A stretch of 64,000 nt of DNA, from the NCBI GenBank assembly GCA_964599455.1, contig CAZREA010000001.1, positions 199,687 to 263,686 of the forward strand, read 5' to 3'. This document shows, piece by piece, positions 28,808-39,375 of the stretch (the first letter of the stretch is position 1; the number at the start of each line of letters is the position of its first letter). The notes beneath the pieces are model-generated. The model was not told where the DNA came from. It ran no database searches and saw nothing but the letters and a program-made list of their open reading frames with translations. Origin of the DNA: an uncultured Gammaproteobacteria bacterium. GTDB taxonomy: Bacteria > Patescibacteriota > Patescibacteriia > UBA9934. Position numbers and translations under genes: made by a program.

Positions 28808-28935
28808 ATCAGGATCATTTTATTTGGGCTATTTTCTGCCTTCATCGCTGCGGCCGACTCGCCGTACATCTGTAGTACGCCTCGTCGGTCCTCGCTCTTC
28901 AGGACAGAAACTATCTCCAAATAAAATGATCCTGT
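28808..28935. repeat. MITE-like element: 18-bp terminal inverted repeats flanking a 92-bp GC-rich structured core, inside a tRNA operon
   Basis: CAGGATCATTTTATTTGG (28808-28825) and its perfect reverse complement CCAAATAAAATGATCCTG (28918-28935). The core contains nested complementary segments (TTTCTG/CAGAAA, GTCCT/AGGAC). Confidence 0.5.
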
Positions 28936-28957
28936 GCCTAACGTTCCTAAAAACCAC

Positions 28958-29033
28958 TGGTCGGGCTGGCGGGACTTGAACCCACGACCTCTTGCACCCC
29001 ATGCAAGCGCGCTACCAACTGCGCTACAGCCCG
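28958..29033 (-). tRNA. tRNA-Pro (anticodon GGG)
   Basis: Acceptor CGGGCTG/CAGCCCG, A73, anticodon stem CTTGC/GCAAG with loop ATGGGGT (GGG, G37), T-loop TTCAAGT, encoded CCA. Confidence 0.85.
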
Positions 29034-29055
29034 AAAACCCGACCAAAGCGGAATG

Positions 29056-29084
29056 AGTATAGGGATTTTTTCAAAAAGAGTCAA
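29056..29084 (-). promoter_or_regulatory. sigma70-like promoter for the tRNA-Pro(GGG)-tRNA-Ser operon
   Basis: On the minus strand: TTGACT, a 17-nt spacer, then TATACT (the same -10 as the other tRNA promoter), about 24 nt upstream of the tRNA. Confidence 0.5.
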
Positions 29085-29091
29085 AAAGGCT

Positions 29092-29424
29092 ATGATACGA
29101 GAAAGTATGGATTTTTCTTTCCCACAGCGCCTTCTTCCGCAACCCCTTACTGCTTTACAAAAAGCGGGCTACTTCCCTTTTCAAGATCCAAAATCAGGTG
29201 AGCACAGTTTTGTCCTACGTCTGGGGCCTGACTTTTATCCCCGTTTTCACCTCTATCTTAAAGAAAAAAACGAACAGTGGATTTTCTCTTTACATCTTGA
29301 TCAAAAGAAGCCCTCGTATGCTGGAACGCATATGCATGGAGGAGAATACGACGGACCGTTAATTGAGAAAGAGGCAGAAAGAATTCACGGATGGGTTCAG
29401 CACATCGTACAAAGTCAAAAATAA
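29092..29424 (+). CDS. hypothetical protein
   Basis: ORF 29053-29424. The first ATG lies inside the divergent tRNA promoter, so the start was moved to the internal Met (MIRESMDFSF). It is followed by the bidirectional terminator at 29425-29462. Confidence 0.35.
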   Translation: MIRESMDFSFPQRLLPQPLTALQKAGYFPFQDPKSGEHSFVLRLGPDFYPRFHLYLKEKNEQWIFSLHLDQKKPSYAGTHMHGGEYDGPLIEKEAERIHGWVQHIVQSQK

Positions 29425-29462
29425 AAAACACCCTCGATGGATTCGAGGGTGTTTTTTATTTT
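29425..29462. terminator. bidirectional rho-independent terminator
   Basis: AAAAAACACCCTCGAtggaTTCGAGGGTGTTTTTTATTTT. Confidence 0.7.
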
Positions 29463-29463
29463 C

Positions 29464-30249
29464 TTACTTCGCTAATGCGGCATCAATAATCTTCGTGAAG
29501 GTGCTCAATGAAGCTGCGCCAACGGATTGACCACTAGAGCTGACGACCATTTGACCGTTGATGAAGGTTGCGGGGGTACCCGAAACGCCAGCAGTACGAC
29601 CAGAAGCGGTATCGGCATCAACTTTATCTTGATACTTGGCGGTTTTTACACAATCATTAAATTTTGTGATGTCCAGGCCTAAATCCTTTGCTGTTTTTGT
29701 GAAGAATGCTGAAGCAGCGTCGGCATCACCATCAAGACCGCCCGTTTGACCTTCGAACATGGCATCAGCAAATTCCCAAAACTTACCCTGTTCGTTCGCA
29801 CATTCTGATGCCAAAGCCGCAGGTTCGGCGTTCGGGTGAAAAGAGAGAGGAAAATGACGATAAACCCAAGCAATGTCGCCCCCATATTTCTCATAAATTT
29901 GCTCCATGGTGGGATGATGACGGCTGCAGAATGGACATTCAAAGTCGGAATATTCCACAACGACCACTTTTGCCTTGGTAAGATCACCACGAACATGATC
30001 AGCCGACGTTACTTCGGCCATTTTTCCTGCAACTGGAGGAGTAGTCGGCTCCACTATAGTAGGAGTGCCGGTGTTGGTTGTACCCGTACCCGCAGCAATG
30101 CCATTTACCGAACCGTAGGCAATGCCCGTAAAACTATTCAGAAGAAGAAGCAAGGCCATGCCTGAAACGAACCCGAACATGTACATGGTTTTTGGATTAC
30201 CATCAAAAAAACCCTTATTGGAAGATTGTTCATTCATATCGCTTTTCAT
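29464..30249 (-). CDS. DsbA-family thiol:disulfide oxidoreductase (thioredoxin fold)
   Basis: CPFC active site (DFECPFCSRHHP), an N-terminal TM anchor and a Thr/Gly-rich linker. Confidence 0.75.
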   Translation of the reverse strand: MKSDMNEQSSNKGFFDGNPKTMYMFGFVSGMALLLLLNSFTGIAYGSVNGIAAGTGTTNTGTPTIVEPTTPPVAGKMAEVTSADHVRGDLTKAKVVVVEYSDFECPFCSRHHPTMEQIYEKYGGDIAWVYRHFPLSFHPNAEPAALASECANEQGKFWEFADAMFEGQTGGLDGDADAASAFFTKTAKDLGLDITKFNDCVKTAKYQDKVDADTASGRTAGVSGTPATFINGQMVVSSSGQSVGAASLSTFTKIIDAALAK

Positions 30250-30250
30250 T

Positions 30251-31012
30251 CTAGCCGATTTTCTCCTTTTGTGCCGTGTTCCTTATCCACAGAGCCGTTG
30301 AAATGCCAATAAAGAAGAGGGGGATCGAGAAAAATTGTCCGGGAGTCAGTCCCCAAACATGCACATCGGCAATTCGCAAAAAATCTAACGCAAAACGTGC
30401 AACTCCATACCACAACGCAAAAATAATCACATACATCCCTACCGGCCGATCACGTCGCGAAAGCCAAAGAAAAAGCAATGAGAGGGAGAATGCATTAATC
30501 GCTAAATAGAGTCCCAAATCATGATGCACTTCGCCATCTGGATAGCGAACACCGAGCACAAAATCCGTGAGCGTACCTGGATGATCATGAATCAAAAAAC
30601 AACCGATGCGTCCAAATACTTTACCAAAGGGTAAACCAAAAACAAGCACATCCGCATATCGCCACACATCAAGCTGATGACGCTTCAGATACCACAGTCC
30701 CGTTCCGACGCAGGCGATAAGTCCGCCAAAAACCGAAAGTCCGCCATCCCAAATTTTCACTATTTCGAGTGGTTGCGTGATGAAGTAATGAAGGTCATAA
30801 AACAGTACATGACCCAGTCGGCCACCCAGCAAACCGGCCAACATCATGTAAGGCACAATATCCCAAACGACTTTTGCATCATCGCCTCGTCGTTTGGCAA
30901 ACCACGAAGCCATCGTTCCTCCCACTAAAAATCCGATGACCGCAAATAATCCCCACACCTGCAATGTCAGCGGTCCAAAAGAAAACGTTTGCCAGGTAAA
31001 ATAGGGGATCAC
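30251..31012 (-). CDS. lgt: prolipoprotein diacylglyceryl transferase
   Basis: The Lgt signature includes the conserved N-terminal region, Y/W-rich TM helices and a G-rich motif (GGRLGHVLFY). 253 aa. Confidence 0.85.
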   Translation of the reverse strand: MIPYFTWQTFSFGPLTLQVWGLFAVIGFLVGGTMASWFAKRRGDDAKVVWDIVPYMMLAGLLGGRLGHVLFYDLHYFITQPLEIVKIWDGGLSVFGGLIACVGTGLWYLKRHQLDVWRYADVLVFGLPFGKVFGRIGCFLIHDHPGTLTDFVLGVRYPDGEVHHDLGLYLAINAFSLSLLFLWLSRRDRPVGMYVIIFALWYGVARFALDFLRIADVHVWGLTPGQFFSIPLFFIGISTALWIRNTAQKEKIG

Positions 31013-31018
31013 ACGTTG

Positions 31019-32485
31019 TTACTGTATGAGCTTTTCAAAAGCCGCAGCCACCGCCAAAACTTTCTCATCATCAAAAGCCTTTCCTTGGAATTGTAAGCCG
31101 ATAGGCAGTCCGTCCACTTTACCGCACGGAATAGAAATTGCCGGTAAGCCAGCAATATTCGCTGGAGCCGTAAGGACATCGGCGAGATACATCGCTAAAG
31201 GATCAGCAACTTTTTCCCCAATATTCCACGCCACCGTTGGTGCAGTCGGAGAGATGATAACGTCTACTTTTTCAAAAGCCGCATTAAATTCATTTACAAG
31301 CGCGTTACGCACTGCCAGTGCTTTTTTATAAAAGGCATCGTAATACCCTGCCGATAAGACAAAGGAACCGAGCATGATGCGACGCTTTACCTCGGGACCA
31401 AAACCCTCACTGCGCGCCGCAAGATACGATTCTTCAAGATTGCCCGGCGCACGCGTGCCGTAACGCATACCATCATACCGACCAAGATTGGAAGAAACTT
31501 CTGCAGGTTGAATGATGTAATAGACAGGCAAAGCGTAAGGCGTGAGTGGCAAAGAAAGCTGAACGATTTCCGCACCGTGTTCTTTTAATTTCGCGATCGC
31601 TTGCTCAACCGCAGCACGAACACCCGCGTCCATGCCATCAATAAAATATTCGCGCGGGACGCCGATGCGCAAATCACGAAGCACCTGCGCTCCGCTTCCA
31701 CCGACCCCTTCTTTCTCCCCCTTGGAAAGGGGGAGTTCCACTTTCTCGTCCAATTTCACGCTCGTTCCATCATGCTCATCGCGTCCTTCAATAATCGACA
31801 AACACAGTGCTGCATCCTCGACCGTACGTGCAAACGGTCCAATTTGATCCAAACTCGATGCCATAGCCATAAGGCCATAGCGCGACACACGACCATAGGT
31901 TGGCTTCATACCCACCACACCGCACATGGCCGCCGGCTGACGGATACTTCCACCCGTATCAGAGGCCAGCGCAAGCGGGACAAACCCCGCTGCAACCGCT
32001 GCCGCAGAACCACCACTTGAACCCCCAGGAATCTTTTCATGATTATGAGGATTCACTGTTTTTTGCAAGCCAGAATTTTCTGTTGATCCACCCATGGCAA
32101 ATTCATCCATGTTTGTTCGACCAATAATGATTGCTCCGGCAGCCTCCAGTCGCGACACAACCGTTGCCGTATACGAAGCGCGATAGTTTTGCAAAATTTT
32201 GGAAGCAGAGCTGGCAGTTTGTCCAGCAATAAGCATGTTGTCTTTAATGGCAACAGGAACACCCGCAAGTGGCAATGCTTCTTTTTCTTTTTGAGAAAGC
32301 TCATCGATGCGACGTGCAGCATCAAGCGCATGTTCATCAAACGTTTCTAAAAACGCACCGATGTTTTGATCGCGTTCTTGAATATCAGCAAGCACCGACC
32401 GTATAACATCAACAGCCGTGACTTTGCTAGACACGACCGCAACACGAATCTCGGTAATTGTTTGAGAAGAAAAATCCATATACAT
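31019..32485 (-). CDS. gatA: Asp-tRNA(Asn)/Glu-tRNA(Gln) amidotransferase subunit A
   Basis: Amidase signature GGSSGGSAAAVAAG with the Ser-cisSer-Lys triad context. 488 aa, directly downstream of gatC. Confidence 0.92.
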   Translation of the reverse strand: MYMDFSSQTITEIRVAVVSSKVTAVDVIRSVLADIQERDQNIGAFLETFDEHALDAARRIDELSQKEKEALPLAGVPVAIKDNMLIAGQTASSASKILQNYRASYTATVVSRLEAAGAIIIGRTNMDEFAMGGSTENSGLQKTVNPHNHEKIPGGSSGGSAAAVAAGFVPLALASDTGGSIRQPAAMCGVVGMKPTYGRVSRYGLMAMASSLDQIGPFARTVEDAALCLSIIEGRDEHDGTSVKLDEKVELPLSKGEKEGVGGSGAQVLRDLRIGVPREYFIDGMDAGVRAAVEQAIAKLKEHGAEIVQLSLPLTPYALPVYYIIQPAEVSSNLGRYDGMRYGTRAPGNLEESYLAARSEGFGPEVKRRIMLGSFVLSAGYYDAFYKKALAVRNALVNEFNAAFEKVDVIISPTAPTVAWNIGEKVADPLAMYLADVLTAPANIAGLPAISIPCGKVDGLPIGLQFQGKAFDDEKVLAVAAAFEKLIQ

Positions 32486-32784
32486 TATGCCCTTCCTTTT
32501 TTCGCGACTTTTACCGATGGTACTTGGAGTGCAGTTCCCATTCGCTCTGGAAAAGCAGCAAGTACTGCATCATGTTCCTTATTATCAGCCACGATGTCAT
32601 CAGCACGAAAAACATTCGTAACATCGGTGATGTAAGCCTTGGGATCAACACTTGACGTATCAACTTCTTGCAGTTTTGCCACGTAATCAATAATCGATGG
32701 AAGTTGTAATTCCATCATGGCGCGCTCGGCATCGGTTAATTGGAGCTTGGAGAGTTTTTCGAGTCTGGGGATGTCGATGTGCAT
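32485..32784 (-). CDS. gatC: Asp-tRNA(Asn)/Glu-tRNA(Gln) amidotransferase subunit C
   Basis: 99 aa, KLSKLQLTDAE...VDTSSV pattern typical of GatC. Its stop overlaps the gatA start. Confidence 0.85.
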   Translation of the reverse strand: MHIDIPRLEKLSKLQLTDAERAMMELQLPSIIDYVAKLQEVDTSSVDPKAYITDVTNVFRADDIVADNKEHDAVLAAFPERMGTALQVPSVKVAKKGRA

Positions 32785-32854
32785 AGTGATTAGTCGGTTA
32801 AAACGGTTAACCGGTTAAACGTCTTTATCGCCTTAACCGCTCTATCCTACCATT

Positions 32855-35727
<2,873 letters not shown>

Positions 35728-35729
35728 AC

Positions 35730-36263
35730 TTACTCGGTTGTCGTTTCTTCGTCAGTTACATCCTCTCCTGCGTAGACAGAACACGCACCGGCAACAAAAC
35801 CATTTTCGGTTAAACAATTTAAGCCTTTATCCAATCCCAGCGCACTATTTTCCTGTTCTAGTTCAAATTGCACGCGATAACTTTCCCCATCGGTGGTGTA
35901 GCAATACGCATTCTCATTTCCGCTACAAGATGATAATTTCTTTAAACCCGCAGCAGGAGTTGCGAATACTACTTCAAGATACGGCAAATCGGTCGCATCA
36001 CTTGCACAAGGAGCGCTAAAGCCCTCCTTCGACAAACAGGCTGTGGTAGTTTGACCAAGCGCTAATGCCGATCCATCTTCGTTACCCACAGGATACGTAC
36101 CGTTTTCCAAAAAGAACAAGTCAAGTCCAATTTGCAAATCGCGTACGTGCGCAATACGCGTCACGTCGCGCAACTGTGAACGTGCGGACAAAATAAGGAA
36201 TCCAGAGATTACTCCCAGAATTCCGATCACCAGCCCAATGGCAAGCATTTCTGATTTTTGCAT
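35730..36263 (-). CDS. type IV pilin-like protein (atypical leader)
   Basis: A hydrophobic N-terminal helix followed by an ARSQLRDVTRIAHVRDLQIGLDLF alpha-1-like stretch, then a Cys-containing C-terminal domain. The leader lacks the canonical G/F-T-L-I-E motif. Confidence 0.5.
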   Translation of the reverse strand: MQKSEMLAIGLVIGILGVISGFLILSARSQLRDVTRIAHVRDLQIGLDLFFLENGTYPVGNEDGSALALGQTTTACLSKEGFSAPCASDATDLPYLEVVFATPAAGLKKLSSCSGNENAYCYTTDGESYRVQFELEQENSALGLDKGLNCLTENGFVAGACSVYAGEDVTDEETTTE

Positions 36264-36271
36264 AGAATAAT

Positions 36272-36646
36272 TTACGGTAACAAATTCCCCGCTATCCGCA
36301 CTATGTCTTGCGACGACTGATGACCAATAAGAATAATAGTCTCAGCTCCTGCAGATAGGATAGCATGAACTTGAGCTGCTGAAGGATGTTCAGCTAAAAC
36401 GATGATGCGACTTTTAAGAAGCGTTGGTAATGTCTTCCAGCGTCGCAGTGTTTCTTCCACATCGTCAACCACTCGAGCGTCGAGCAAAACGATGTGCGGA
36501 CGAAAGCGAACTGCGCGTCGTTCGGCATCTTCTTGATGGAGTGCCTCTTGTGTTTGCCATCCCTCGGCTTCAAAGCGACGCACTGCTGCAGCGCGCAAAA
36601 CCGCATCTTGGCAAACAAGTAAAACACTCGGTTCGCGACGCGTCAT
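36272..36646 (-). CDS. response-regulator receiver-domain protein (atypical/degenerate)
   Basis: CheY-like alpha/beta pattern with a putative phospho-acceptor Asp (HIVLLDARV). It has only one N-terminal acidic residue and no conserved Thr/Lys equivalents. Confidence 0.45.
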   Translation of the reverse strand: MTRREPSVLLVCQDAVLRAAAVRRFEAEGWQTQEALHQEDAERRAVRFRPHIVLLDARVVDDVEETLRRWKTLPTLLKSRIIVLAEHPSAAQVHAILSAGAETIILIGHQSSQDIVRIAGNLLP

Positions 36647-37779
36647 ACCCGATCACTCTTAGCAATGCGTAATGCCAATCCCGCAGCCACCGCTAAACGT
36701 GGTCCCACCTCTTCAAGAACAGCCTGAGCATCGGGCGGCGTGGCAATCCACGACCACGGATTACCCACATAGACATTCACTCCCAAAACGCTTGTTAAAT
36801 ACGGATCAAGTCCTGGCAAATGCGCCGAGCCGCCGGTTACTAAAATCTTCTCAACGCCTCCCTGCTCCGCTGATTGTTGACTATACAATTCAAGCGCATA
36901 CCGCATTTCATGCACGATTGGCTTCATCGCTTCCTCAAGCGGTTTTGGCATAGCATCACCCGAAAACGCCAAATCACGTTTTACCTTCTCGGCCTCACCC
37001 ACAGTCAATCCCATACCGGCAGCCAACGCTTGCGTAATACTTTCGCCACCTGCCTTTATTCCTCGAGTCAAAAACGGCACGCCATGATCAACAATCGTCA
37101 CGTTCGTTCGCTTGCCACCAATATCCACAATCATCACGCGCGAAGGATCATCGCCAACTAATGCACGTGACATCGCAAATACTTCCGTCTCTAACGAGAC
37201 AAGCTCGATATTCGCTTGGGCAAACAGATCAATATATTTTTGAATAAGTGTTTTGGGAGCGCCCGTTAACAACACGCGCATGAACTTTGCTTTCTTTTCT
37301 GCAGGAGCCGAATCGGTGGTTGCAGCCGGTGTTTGAGGGTTTTCGGCAGGCAATAAATCTTTATCTAAAATAGTGGAATCAAGAACCATCTCTTCAATGG
37401 GAAGTGGGAAAAACTTTTTTGCCTGGGCTTCAATCGCCGGACGAATATCATCACTGCGTTTTTGTGGCACCGGAATACTCACAATCGTATGAAACACTTC
37501 GGAAGCCGGAAGTGCCGCTACACCCTTTTTTGCTTTCACCCCTGCTTCAGTAAATATGCGTTTAAGAATAGCGACCGCTTTGGGAATATCGGCCAAAAAT
37601 CCCGATTCAGCACTCAGGCTCTTTTCGGCAAACTCGGAATAACCGTAAGTTGTTAATCGCGGCTTACCCTTTTCTAAAGTGACCTCAACAACTTTCATAC
37701 CCAAGGTGCCGATATCAATGCCAAGCAAACCATCGAACACGGGTTCTTGCTCTTTTTTCTTCCCTCCAAAAAGTGACAT
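36643..37779 (-). CDS. pilM: type IV pilus assembly ATPase-like protein PilM (actin/HSP70 fold)
   Basis: N-terminal LGIDIGTLGMKVVEV phosphate-1 motif, MIVDIGGKRTNVT, and C-terminal LVTGGSAHLPGL. The start is trimmed to MSLFGG. Confidence 0.8.
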   Translation of the reverse strand: MSLFGGKKKEQEPVFDGLLGIDIGTLGMKVVEVTLEKGKPRLTTYGYSEFAEKSLSAESGFLADIPKAVAILKRIFTEAGVKAKKGVAALPASEVFHTIVSIPVPQKRSDDIRPAIEAQAKKFFPLPIEEMVLDSTILDKDLLPAENPQTPAATTDSAPAEKKAKFMRVLLTGAPKTLIQKYIDLFAQANIELVSLETEVFAMSRALVGDDPSRVMIVDIGGKRTNVTIVDHGVPFLTRGIKAGGESITQALAAGMGLTVGEAEKVKRDLAFSGDAMPKPLEEAMKPIVHEMRYALELYSQQSAEQGGVEKILVTGGSAHLPGLDPYLTSVLGVNVYVGNPWSWIATPPDAQAVLEEVGPRLAVAAGLALRIAKSDRV

Positions 37780-37914
37780 ATAGAGGAAGTATAGCAAAGA
37801 AAATGCGAAATCCGAAGTATGAAATGCAACCACCTGCACGAAAGGCTTCGATGGCTCTCGAAAACTTTAGCGAAGGGTCAAAAGACGAAATTCAAAAAAG
37901 TGTTTGAGAGATGA

Positions 37915-37945
37915 AAAAAATCCGTACATGACGTACGGATTTTTT
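37915..37945. terminator. bidirectional rho-independent terminator, first of a cluster of four consecutive hairpins (37915-38040)
   Basis: AAAAAATCCGTACATGACGTACGGATTTTTT, followed by CCGCCCTTTCgttctcatgatacatgagcatGAAAGGGCGG, GCGACTCAGcagaaCTGAGTCGC and CGTGCCTTCCG...CGGAAGGGCACG. Confidence 0.6.
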
Positions 37946-38039
37946 ATGACCGCCCTTTCGTTCTCATGATACATGAGCATGAAAGGGCGGTAGGCGACTC
38001 AGCAGAACTGAGTCGCCCGAGACGTGCCTTCCGTGACGC

Positions 38040-38648
38040 TCAGGGCGCGCTGCGGAAGGGCACGTAGGCGAGGCGGGTTCCCTCGGCGCCAGCCTCGAGG
38101 TCAGCGCGGATCGGCTCGGGGTCCGCAACACCCAGGCTCTTGCTGCGCGGATCGGAAGCCGAGGCTACGGCCAAGGTGACCAGGGTGCGACCCTCGCCCT
38201 CGCGTGAAGCGCGGGCGATGACGTACTCCAAGCTCATTCGGTCGAGGGCCTTAGGCGAGAGGACAAAGTAGAGGTCCTCCTGCCCGTAGGGAGCCTTGAC
38301 GATGATGGGGGCGGCGGAACTTCCGACGGAGAATTTTCCGTCATTCGTCCACCCACCTTCCTTGAGCATGCCGATCTCCCCCCGCCGATTGACGTTGACG
38401 GCGTGGGCGTAACCCGCCTCGCCGCCATCGATCTCGAACCAGAACTTGTCTCCGGACCGGAAGGTTCCGGCCTCGCGAGGCCCGTCTGCGGTCTGGATGA
38501 CCACCTCAAGCTGCGAGACGACGGCCTGGTCAGTGAGGCTCAAGCACTTTTCGCCAACAGCTTTGGTCCCTGAGGGGCAGGCAGAGGCCGAGCTCCCCGT
38601 GATGCTGAGGGCGACGAGCAGGGCGGTCAAAGCAGTAGCGAAACGCAT
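38040..38648 (-). CDS. secreted hypothetical protein in a high-GC (about 67%) island
   Basis: Signal peptide MRFATALTALLVALSITGSSASA, followed by two Cys. No known domain. The composition is strongly deviant. Confidence 0.5.
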   Translation of the reverse strand: MRFATALTALLVALSITGSSASACPSGTKAVGEKCLSLTDQAVVSQLEVVIQTADGPREAGTFRSGDKFWFEIDGGEAGYAHAVNVNRRGEIGMLKEGGWTNDGKFSVGSSAAPIIVKAPYGQEDLYFVLSPKALDRMSLEYVIARASREGEGRTLVTLAVASASDPRSKSLGVADPEPIRADLEAGAEGTRLAYVPFRSAP

Positions 38649-38982
38649 GCGATCTCCTGAAGAAGGCCAAAGGCCGGGTGAGAAGTGAGATAGATTCCCC
38701 GATTATCATCAATTTCTGACAAAAACGGGGGAAGCTATCTCTGCATTTCAACAAACAATAATAGCAAAGAAATGGCTTTTTTACAAATACAATGGTGGAT
38801 CGTTTGGCATTATAAAAAGAAACAATCTTATTCGCTAATATTAAACAATATTCTCTTTTGATCGCAAAACGAAAAACAAGCTTGGAAAAAGCCTGTTTTT
38901 GGTGAATTTGAATGTAATGAATGGATCTCGAGATCCTTCGGAGTCACTTGCAAGCACGACTCCTCAGGATGACACAACCTCC

Positions 38983-39330
38983 TTATCCCTTCTTAAATGT
39001 CACTTTAAACGCTGGTACCCATTTGGTATTAAAATCATCCACGATTTCGACCGGCTCGCCGGAGACGTACATGGTTAACGCAATGTCAGAAATGAGTTCG
39101 TGATCGGTTTTGATGTCGAGATTCAGTTCTTCGAGCTTAGCTTTATCCATTTCGCGAGAAAGAATTTCGTTTTCAATAGATTTTTTCTCGGCCTTTAACT
39201 TTGTGATTTCTTCAATAAGTTCTTGATAGCGATCATGGGTACGTAGCGCATCTTGAAAAGAGGTTTTCAGATCTTTTCGTTCGGCCTTCTTGAGTTTTAA
39301 ACGAGTATAGATTTCATGGAGAGATTGCAT
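38983..39330 (-). CDS. hypothetical coiled-coil protein
   Basis: 115 aa, K/E-rich heptad pattern. Confidence 0.4.
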   Translation of the reverse strand: MQSLHEIYTRLKLKKAERKDLKTSFQDALRTHDRYQELIEEITKLKAEKKSIENEILSREMDKAKLEELNLDIKTDHELISDIALTMYVSGEPVEIVDDFNTKWVPAFKVTFKKG

Positions 39331-39375
39331 AGCTGCACGATGATAACACGACGAAGAGATTTATGTATCCACATC

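Noticed and set aside
28639-29046. 135-aa minus-strand ORF spanning the tRNA-Ser and tRNA-Pro(GGG) genes
   Set aside because: It is a spurious ORF through two tRNA genes and the inverted-repeat spacer.
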